DNA of 64,000 nucleotides. It comes from Oopsacas minuta (taxonomy: Eukaryota > Animalia > Porifera). The notes under the pieces are model-generated. The model did no database searches. It saw nothing but the letters and a program-made list of their open reading frames with translations, and had not been told where the DNA came from. The position numbers and the translations under genes were made by a program. The stretch lies in NCBI GenBank assembly GCA_024704765.1, contig JAKMXF010000088.1, positions 434,001 through 498,000 of the forward strand, read 5' to 3'. This document shows positions 51,367-61,078 of the stretch, in pieces (position 1 is the stretch's first letter; every line of letters starts with the position of its first letter).

Positions 51367-53671
51367 ATGACTAATCATATAATTGGAGGAACTGCTAAGC
51401 TTTCCTCTTCGGATTTATGGTCTGCTCTTTGCTATCATCCTGGGTTTGGGAGCGATCTCTCTTCCGAGGCTCTCCCCTCCTCTCTCCCTGTTGGACAGAA
51501 TAGTCCCCAGATATGTCCTTATGGATTATACCCCGAGCAGTTGAATGGGGCTGCGTTCACATGCCCCAGAGAGACGAATAAAAGGAGTTGGCTCTATCGT
51601 ATCCGTCCGAGTGCAGTGCATGAGCCTTTCTCTATCTTGAAGGAAGGCACGAGCCAAGACCTGTCAGATAATTGGGACGAAATAGCCCCCAATCCCAATC
51701 AGATTAGATGGAACCCATATCCTCTACCGGATGATAAAGTTAAAATCGACTTCATACAGGTAATCCTGGGCCAGGGATTAGTTTTGACTCTTGGAATTTA
51801 TGGATGTAAACTGGAAATTATTGTAAGAGATTGTTAAGTATGCCATTGCATTATGTCAAATAATTACTCGTTGTTTCATCAAAAGTTCTCTCAAGAAACA
51901 TTCACACTTCGATTGGAGTATTACCCACATTTTTGCATGTAGGGTCTTCACACATTGGGTGGGGCAGGAGATACCAGATCAAGACATGGAATGGCTATAC
52001 ATATATATGCTTGTAACGCTAGTATGGTAGATAGGTGTATGTATAACAGCGATGGAGACTTCCTTATTGTGCCGCAGTTAGGGGCTCTGAAGATTACAAC
52101 TGAATTCGGTAGAATATTAGTACAGCCGAATGAGATTTGTGTGATACAGCAAGGAATGAGGTGAGATAATTTAGTGTTCATATATTAGCAAAATCCGCCA
52201 ACAGTGTAATAATAGTAAATTTGAAGATTGTCAAGGAGATCGCCCGCCAAATTACGAGACTGTTAGTATATTTAATATTTGAATATTAATAATTATACAT
52301 ATCTTATTTTGTTACGTATGTTCATATTGGATATTTATATTTAGGTTTTCCATTGAGGTTACTGGACAAACTCGTGGTTATATTCTCGAGGTTTACGACA
52401 CTCATTTCCAGCTCCCAAATCTAGGACCAATTGGTGCAAACGGTTTAGCTGCTCCCAGAGATTTCCTTTCTCCAGCTGCTGCTTTTGAAAACAGAGAAGT
52501 TCCTACAGGATATCATATAATCAGTAAATTCCAGGGGAAGCTCTTCGTTGCTAAGCAATTCCACTCACCTTTTGATGTAGTAGCTTGGCATGGAAATTAT
52601 ACTCCATACAAATATGACTTGAATAGGTTTATGGTTATTAACTCAGTAGCGTTTGATCATGCTGACCCTTCTATATTCACAGTATTGACTTGTCCTTCTC
52701 TAAGACCAGGAGTTGCAATAGCTGACTTTGTTATTTTCCCTCCAAGGTAAACGAATACAGGATAAGTCAACTCCCGTTAAATCGAACACGGGATAGCTCG
52801 AAATACCCGCCTATATTGAAGTCTGAGATTGTACAAATATGTACTCAAACCGTCAAAGTAACATAAAGTTTATCGGTTATAGAAGTATTATCGCAGTCCC
52901 TTGAGCTTCGATATAATGGGAGTTGATTGTATATCGTAATTATATGGAAATTCTATAATCAGATGGATGGTACAAGAGCATACATTCCGTCCTCCTTACT
53001 ATCATCGTAACTGTATGTCAGAGTTCATGGGACTAATCAAGGGTAAGTATGATGCTAAAGAGGAGGGGTTCTCTCCAGGAGGAGGTAGTCTACACTCTAT
53101 GATGACTCCACATGGTGCTGATGCTACTGCTTATGATAATGCTGTTAGTAGGCCCTGTAAACCTGTCAAGTAAGTACAAAAATATATAAATAGGAGTACA
53201 GTGTAACCTCCACTAACCAAGGACGCCGAAAAATACTACCAATTCCCAGTTTGTGGAGGTTTCACTGATCCCCTATTCGCTTATTAGGTATTTAACCATG
53301 GATGTTGGATTGAATTTGTCTGCTCAGATGTTGTTCTAGGTCATTTTGAGGCACTATTCGCTTGATTGGAGGGGATTTGGGTATAACACAAAATGAATTA
53401 ATCCTCCATCCATGGTACATATCTAATAGACCATTTTTGTCAGAATATTTTTCTACATTTCCCTAAATAACTTAATTATAGGCTTGAAGACACTATGGCA
53501 TTCATGTTTGAGTCATCACTTAGCCTAGCACTAACTAAATGGGGAGATGATAACAGTCTTAAGTCTATGGATTATTGGAAATGTTGGCAACCTCTAAAAT
53601 CCAATTTCAATCCTGACTGGAAGCCTTCAGTACTACAGGACAGAGAGATTTCAAGTTCTCTACTCACATAA
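51367..53671 (+). CDS. HGD: Homogentisate 1,2-dioxygenase, ~469 aa, 5 exons
   Basis: Exons 51367-51759, 51943-52160, 52345-52746, 52963-53169 and 53482-53671. [38 protein letters not shown], iron ligands in [12 protein letters not shown] and TPHG. Confidence 0.97.
52764..52929. mobile_element. MITE family A
   Basis: Full length; fills most of HGD intron 3. Confidence 0.87.
53199..53267. mobile_element. MITE family B, short derivative
   Basis: cagtgtaacctccac ... gtttgtggaggtttcactg. Confidence 0.8.
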
Positions 53672-54076
53672 ACTCTAATTATTGATAGCAACTTGCATCC
53701 CTTATGTTTAGTATATTTATAGACTGTATCACTTGAGATTATAATCTAATTATTGTGTAGATTGACGTATGTTAGGCCGTACTTACGTACGTTTCCGCAA
53801 TCCTGAAAATCTTAAAATTTATAGTCTTCAACGGCTAGATAGGTGTAATAGGAAATTCCGTTACATCTCTTATACGTATATGTTTTCGCGCTGAAGTTCT
53901 CACATTATGAGATTAAAGACACCAAATTTGGCATGTGTCTCGCAGTGACATCTAGTTGTGCACCTGACATTTTAATTCGTTCGATTTATTTTTCACTTCG
54001 TTTCTTGGGGCGTACTAGAGATCCCAGAGCGATGAGGCAACTGCCTCTCCTGCCTCAATGGTAGTTACGCTCTAAG

Positions 54077-54110
54077 TTTCCAGGAGTTCCCCGTTTGTGT
54101 AGTTACACTG
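54077..54110. mobile_element. MITE family B terminal fragment upstream of CAPN15
   Basis: gttccccgtttgtgtagttacactg|TA. Confidence 0.65.
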
Positions 54111-54115
54111 TATGA

Positions 54116-54136
54116 TCTAATCTACATAATTCCTAG
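54116..54136 (+). promoter_or_regulatory. Candidate (trans-)splice acceptor of CAPN15
   Basis: tctaatctacataattccTAG|cgaATG. Confidence 0.58.
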
Positions 54137-54139
54137 CGA

Positions 54140-57100
54140 ATGGATCCGCAAGAACAATACAAATCTCTACAGCAATGGCAATGCTATTTCTGTAAGAACT
54201 TTAACACACTATTTGAGAAATACTGCAGTGACTGTAATACACCTATTGGCACCAGCTGTCCAGTTATAGACCAACCTATTCAAGTGCCGAATGATAAGAA
54301 ATTCGCTCCATCTTTCTCGAATCCTTTTTTCCATGGTTCAAGTACAGATAGTCCATTACCATATAATCCTGCGTTTAACCCGTCGCCAGAAGATCAGAAC
54401 TCTTTTATAGTTATTGACAGAGCTTCTGAGACTGTGGAACCTGTTTTTGCAGTCCCTGAGGGATTTGTGCCTCGTAAAGAGACTCTTGATGGTAATTTAT
54501 CTATACGTACAGTCAACTCCTGTTATATGTAACACGGATATATCAAATACCCGCTTCTATCGAAGTCTGAAATAGTACAGATATGACCACATATTTCTTC
54601 GGATATTTCGAAGTAATTATCTCGGTCCCTTAAGCTTTGATATAACAGGAATTGACTGTGCCTAGTTATTACAAGTAGCTTCAGTGAAAAGTGTACCCAA
54701 ATGCTGAATTGTCTCCGCAGGATTTTCAGCTACATATTTCTGCTAACTATCATACACATATTAAAATATAGGTCCATCAATATGTATCCCCATACACTCT
54801 GCTCCTACAGCTTACTTAGGGGAGGATAAACTATTTGAAAGTATCCTGCATAATCCTGTACCATATGGAGATGATGACACCGATCTTCCACCTCCTCCTC
54901 GTCCCTCTAATCCTACTAGACATCTTGAGGATTCTATAGATTATCAATCTGAGTATGATTATTCATTTATGGAGAGACAACAAATAGAACAGTTACAATC
55001 TATACAAGCATTTATTACTAGTTCTATGGTATGTAAAAGTTTTGGTTTTTGAACTATGCGCCAGTACTCGTTGGTATAGCGTAATCTCCACAAACAGGGC
55101 AGCCAAAATGCTACCCTGCTTCTGCAAAATTCCTCGTTTGTGGAGGTTCATGTATGGGACTAGGAATTCGCTTTTTATTTTTTACTCCGTTTCCATAAGT
55201 TCCCCGTTTCTCCAGGCTCCGTTTGTGTTGTTACTGTATTTACACATCTACAGGTATCAAAGCCAGAACCTCCTCCTGATCATCAAGATAGTGAAGAGTT
55301 TAGATTCTCACTAACAGCTTCTGCTAAAGAAGAAGCTAGACAGATATTCTATCCTCCAACAGATCAAATATATGATCCTCAAATACCTGCCGCCATGTAT
55401 CGATCACTAGATAGCAGTACACAGAGAGAAGTATGATTATATACATTCAACTCCTGTTATATCCGACCTCAGGGGACCGTGATACTTACTTCGATATAAC
55501 CCGATGAAATATATATGTTACTTTGGCGGTTTGGGACCATATTTGTACAATTTAAGACTTCAATATAAGCGAGTATTTCTATATATCCATGTTAGATATA
55601 ACGGAAGTTGATTGTATATTTTACTTCGCTTAATAGAACCACTGTTTAATCTGGTCAGAATGTCCTAATCGCGAAAAATATAACTTCAGATGAGTACTCA
55701 TTTCGACGATTCCTTTCTCAGATTATTGTCAATTTCTTTTGAAACTCATTTCTTTCATTCTAGGAAAATTGGTTGAAAGAACTATCAGAGCCTTACTCAG
55801 TTAATCCTATCCCTATCCCAGCTAATCTATTCCCCGACGACCCCCCCGTACCCTCTCCTAGAAAAATAAAAACTACTCCGATTCCTGCCCCCAGGCGAGC
55901 ACCTCAGTCTTCTCTCGCACCCTCTCTACCACCTTCTGAACCGCCTAAGACAGGTCCTCCTTCCCCCTCTAAGACCAAATCTGTTCTGCAAACAGATAAA
56001 ATAATCGTTACAACCTCACAAGAGGAAATTAAACTCGATGAAATAATTGCGTTTTTGAAAGAACAAAAAGTGAACTTTATTGATCCTTCTTTCTTCCCTT
56101 CTCCACGTAGTCTATTTATAAACCCTAAGACTCAGGATAAGGATAAATTACGGAAGGTAAGACCTAGCATATTGTAATTAGAAATTGGTATTTGTACTTT
56201 CAATTACTATTAATGTTGATAAATGTGCCATGGATGATATATTGGTGGAAAAATGATACATACTGTAATCTAAATGCTATCCCGTTTCCTTGTTTCTGCC
56301 CCGCTTGTAGAGGTTCATTTATAAGGGACTAGGAATTCCCTCAAAATTTTTCACTCTGTTTCCAGAAGTTCCTCGTTTCCACAGGCCCGTTTGTAGAGGT
56401 TTACTGTTATATCTTCATAGATAACTTGGCTACGTCCAGGAGATATCAGAACAAAATCGTGTCGTAAAGCTAAATGGACCGTGTTTAACCATCCGAACCC
56501 TGCTGACGTGTATCAAGGGGGACTAGGAAATTGCTGGTTCCTGTCAGCTCTATCTGTAGTAGCTGAGAAGGAGAAGCTGATTGATAATCTTATTATTACT
56601 AAAGAGTTTAATCCACAAGGAATTTATCAGGTACAGTTAACTCCTGTTATATCGAAGCTCAAGGAACCGCGATAATTATTTCGATAGGACCGATAAAATT
56701 ATGTTACTTGAACGGTTTGGAACCATATCTGTACAATTACAGTCTTTGATATAAGCGGGCGTTTCGATATAGTAACGAGAGGTGTTTTATCAAAGTGAAT
56801 TCATTAACTTTTCATAGATTTACAAATATGTTACACTAGATTTGCCTGTGTATGTGTGGGAAATGGGAGATTGTAACCATTGATGATTCGTTTCCTTGCC
56901 GCAGCGATTACAGAACTCAGCTATACTCAGAGGCTGTCAGAAATCAGTTATGGGTATGTCTTATTGAGAAAGCTGCTGCTAAGCTCTACGGTTGTTATGA
57001 AGCCTTGAATAGTGGTACTCTGTTAGAGGGATTATCTACACTAACTGGAGCTCCTTGCGAGGCAAGTTAATTACGTCATTTATAAATACTGAATTCATTC

Positions 57101-60100
57101 GGATAATGGACTTCCCTCGCTGAGGGGTGTAGCCAAATACCAATGTGGTAACCATGGAAACTGGGACATAATTGTTGTAGCCAAATACCAACGAGGTAAC
57201 CATGGAAGCGTGAAAATATATTATGTCCCCCTTCCTGCTATTTTCAATACAAAATCTAAGCAAATTCTTGCTACATATTTCTAGGTTATATCTCTGATTG
57301 AAATGCTACGAGGCAAGAGAGTAGATCCCAAAGAAGCAAAGGACGTTATCTGGTCTCAAATACTTCACTTTGAGAGTTCCCAATTCTTAATGGGAGTATC
57401 AACTGGCAATCGAGAAATTAGTGAGGATATTTATACAGCAGTAGGCTTATCTCAATATCATGCTTATTCGGTTCTTAGTGTTTGTGATATGGAAGGAAAT
57501 AGGTTAGTGGAGAGATCAATGGTAATTCTCAAGGATGACATTTTCGTTTGTCTGCTTGGATGTTGTTCTAGGTCATTTTGAGGAACTCCTTGCTTTGTTG
57601 GAGTAGGGACTTCTAAAACAGTAGATATAGAACTCGGATAAGACTTACCCCCTCGGGAAACAAAAATGACTACGTACAATCCGAGTGTACGTCTTTACGG
57701 ACATGGATTGACTTAAATGAATGGGAACTGAATTTTGAGTTAGAAAGAAGTAGTGTCTTAACAGAGTTTTACTGTAACATGAGATACACAAAATCCATAT
57801 CCATGGTTAGATATCTAATAAGAATAGAGCACAATTGCAATTTTTGTCAAAACAACTTTCTGAATTGAATTATAACAATCACAACACAAAGCTTTACACA
57901 TTACTGCGTATCTATCGTCCAGTACTAGTAATTCATTGATCACTTCTTTCAACTCTTAATAACCTTGTAGATTATTGTGTTTAAGAGATCCCAATGGTAC
58001 TACTCGCTGGAAAGGAGATTGGTCTAACAAGAGCCCTAAATGGACAAAAGAGATGCGTAAGCATTTGATACCAGGGGGACAGGAAGGAATATTCTGGATT
58101 AGTCTAGATGACATCTGTAATTACTTTACTTCGGTTTGTTATCAATTATAGTAAATTTATCTGTAATATCAAAGCTCAAGGGACCGCAATAATCGCTTCG
58201 ATATTACCGATGCAGTGTATGTTACTTTAACTGTTTGGGGCCATATTTGTACAATTTCAAACTTCGATATGACGGGAATTGACATATATTATGTACAGAG
58301 TGTACGATCTGTGACGTCCATACTGACCAAAATTATGGAGCAATATCTACTGTAATTATTCAAGATTTAATATCTTTTTGTTGAATTTTGCAGATTGAAT
58401 AATCTTATTTCCATCAATCAAATTCTATCTTCTGTGTGAAAATACTTAGAATATTTTACATGCTACAACGAATTACACACAGTCTTCCCCATGATTCTTT
58501 CACAATTCTTTCCATTTTTGCAAATTATTTCAACTGCTCCCTAAACGAATTACAACACTTAAAATAGCAATGCATACGAATCTATCATATACTCATAAGT
58601 TCTACATAACATCATAGTATAGATTAGAATTTGTAAGTGAAAATATACTTATCTGAACTAAAAACCAAATATATGAATTATTGATTGATTTAATTACTTT
58701 TTGACCTGAAAATTGATCAATAGAGATCTCAATTCTGTCTTATAAATTTATCAAATTCTGTCTTGTAATGAATATATTGAAGTTGCAATGAAACATTTCT
58801 CGCATCTTCACATTTACATGTCTGTTTATTAAGCACCTGGATAGTTTAGTATAGCGTTTCTAGAAAAGTTGCTTTCATAGAATATTACTGAAGAACTCTT
58901 GGATAATTTCTAGAATAATTACTTCTCGTTATATCGAACACGGATATACCGAAATACCCGCTTATATTGAAGTCTGAATTGTACAAATATGGGGCCCAAA
59001 CCGTCAAAGTAACATATAGTCTTAGGTTATATCGAATTAATTATCACGGTCCCTTGAGCTTCGATTGACTTTATGTTACTTTGACGCTTTAGAACCATAT
59101 TTATACAATTTAAGGCTTAGATATAAGCGCTATACCGATATATCCGGTTACATATAAAGAGAGTTACCTGTACATATTTAATCCACTAGATTGATGTGTG
59201 TAAAGTAAAGCTAGACTATATCGAGGCCAGAGAGAGCGCAGTGTTCCCTCCCTTCCTTGAGTGTCACTCCCCCGTCTACATTGTAGAACTATTCGATAGC
59301 ACAGAGTTAGACATATCTCTCTATCAACCGAATAAAAGATTCAGAGAGAATTCTGACGTAGCTAATTGGCCTACTGATATATCTGTGATTATATTTAAAA
59401 CTAATGAGGATGTTGATGAGACAGAGGGCAGCTGTGCTCCTAGCCCCTCTAAACTAGCAGGATTTATTGGTAATTATTAGAGGTTCCATAGGAGCTGTAT
59501 CGTTACTATGACCTGTACACAGTGGTGTTCCTCTAATAGGGAAATTCGTGCGAATACGACTTGCCAATAGGCGAACTCCATTGTATTTCATAGATTTATA
59601 TCTATGGTTAATACAAGGGATCACAACCCTTCCCATAGACTGCAATACAAATTTTGTGATCCTATGAACTCAATGTACCCAAGGTCTGACCGCTGATTTA
59701 TACATGTATTTTTATATATTTCTAGAAAGGAAGAAACAGGCTTGTGTTAATCAATCATTCAAACTCGAAGCAGGAGTATACATCATAGTACCACAAGCTT
59801 ATTCACATTGGAAAACAGAACACATTATTCCATACACAATAGCTACATTCAGCTCAAAAGCTCATATTCTACAATCAAGACCCTCTCGTCCTGGTTTCTA
59901 TGCAGAAGCTCTGTGTATTCTAGCCAGAGATTATGGTAGAGAGTTATCTACATCTACTGCTGAAGTTAAGCAATACAGATTGCGTGAGCATTTTCTTGGA
60001 GATTTACTGGTGGTGGAAAACCATTCTAATAACCATTATAATGTAAGTATATTTAGACTACTATTAGTTGGAAACTTGTTTCAGCTCCACGGCCGCAGCT

Positions 60101-60535
60101 CTTTTGCCTGCAACATGAATATTGTGCGATTTTTACAATCTTGATAATGAAATGCAGATCGCCCACATAGACATCTTGTGGAGCTGAAATAAGTTTCTCA
60201 ATAACAAGAGCTTACATACATACATATATACACTGACGTTTACACGATTATTTCGAATTTCAACATTCTCTCTTATTCAGATACAAATTGACGGTAGAAG
60301 ATGCTATAACGTAGTAGCAACACGCGGTTCCACAAGCACACGAGACTGTATTCCACCCAAACACAAGCAAGTTATCAACATTCTAACATATGACAATACA
60401 ACACTACCAATTAACATACAATATACATTCCACAGTTCTCTTGATCAAAATAATACTGCAGGAGAATACGGAGTTATTTCATTCCCTGAGTTAACCAATA
60501 AGAATAGAGAGTTACACTCTCCAATCTATATTTAG
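54140..60535 (+). CDS. CAPN15: Calpain-15 / SOL (RanBP2 zinc finger, CysPc, SOH domain), ~947 aa, 12 exons
   Basis: Exons: 54140-54491, 54772-55028, 55254-55430, 55764-56156, 56421-56630, 56840-57061, 57285-57502, 57971-58133, 59190-59469, 59726-60042, 60281-60535. WxCxxCxxxNx6CxxC, FIDPSFFP, QGGLGNCWFLSAL, QLWVCLIEKA, HAYSVL, and SOH motif NVVATRGS..DCIPP. Confidence 0.92.
54510..54658. mobile_element. MITE family A
   Basis: Both TIRs. Confidence 0.85.
55077..55236. mobile_element. MITE family B
   Basis: Both termini and core. Confidence 0.83.
55444..55614. mobile_element. MITE family A, reverse orientation
   Basis: Full length, TA flanks. Confidence 0.87.
56262..56406. mobile_element. 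MITE family B
   Basis: Core and right terminus. Confidence 0.78.
56634..56781. mobile_element. MITE family A inserted at the TA of a splice donor
   Basis: CAG|GTA+CAGTTAACTCCTGTTATATCGAAGCTCAAGG. Confidence 0.85.
57128..57207. repeat. Two-copy 48-bp-period direct repeat, related to 26068-26117
   Basis: TGTAGCCAAATACCAA(T/C)G(T/A)GGTAACCATGGAA at 57128 and 57176. Confidence 0.75.
58149..58284. mobile_element. MITE family A, internally deleted
   Basis: aagctcaagggaccgc..gggccatatttgtacaattt..cgggaattgaca. Confidence 0.8.
58916..59170. mobile_element. Inverted dimer of MITE family A
   Basis: A forward copy to ~59045 is joined to a truncated reverse copy ending 59170. Confidence 0.8.
60056..60211. 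mobile_element. Family G MITE, short form (further fragment at 50257-~50345)
   Basis: TTA flanks; TIR aaacttgtttcagctccac / gtggagctgaaataagttt. Confidence 0.72.
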
Positions 60536-60966
60536 TATACTTGTAGTTTTTATCGCAAGCAGGTAATCTAATTATAGCGTTTGTATAATTTTTGATATCT
60601 CTACTAGTCGTCTCAGTCTTTGCGTGATTCCACTAAACATTGAATTTGAATTCTTATTGTTTGTATGTTTGTTTTTACATTTACTATTGTGCTTTTTTAG
60701 TATTCACAAATTATTTTTGCTCTTGAACTTTCTCTGATTATTTTATTGATGGAATTGCTCCTTTTCTTGTCCACAATTCGTTGAGTTTATTGGAGGTGAT
60801 CACTACAGTTTATTCGTGTAATTGTTAACCAATTTTTATCATAAATATGTCGCGTTTACTACAGCTGGTTATCAGCTGGTTATGACTATAATTAGCCACG
60901 AAATATATACTGTTTTAATCGCTAGATTAATATTTTCAAGTTACAACAATCCTGTTTATTCGTTTA

Positions 60967-61048
60967 CAGTGGAACCTCGTTAATACGAACTCCGGAAAAG
61001 CGAAAAATTTGACCTTCCGTTGGTGTTTGTATTAACGCGGTTCCTCTG
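60967..61048. mobile_element. MITE family F, 82 bp, 30 nt before the TBCC ATG
   Basis: TA|CAGTGGAACCTCGTTAATAC ... GTATTAACGCGGTTCCTCTG|TA. Confidence 0.8.
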
Positions 61049-61050
61049 TA

Positions 61051-61078
61051 TTTTGTTGTTGTTGATTAGTTAAGTCAG
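61051..61078 (+). promoter_or_regulatory. Candidate (trans-)splice acceptor of TBCC
   Basis: ttttgttgttgttgattagttaagtCAG|ATG. Confidence 0.58.

Noticed and set aside
57572-57700. Acceptor-like site tested as the missing RNPWG exon
   Set aside because: The required phase hits a stop at once; the colinear exon is 57971-58133.
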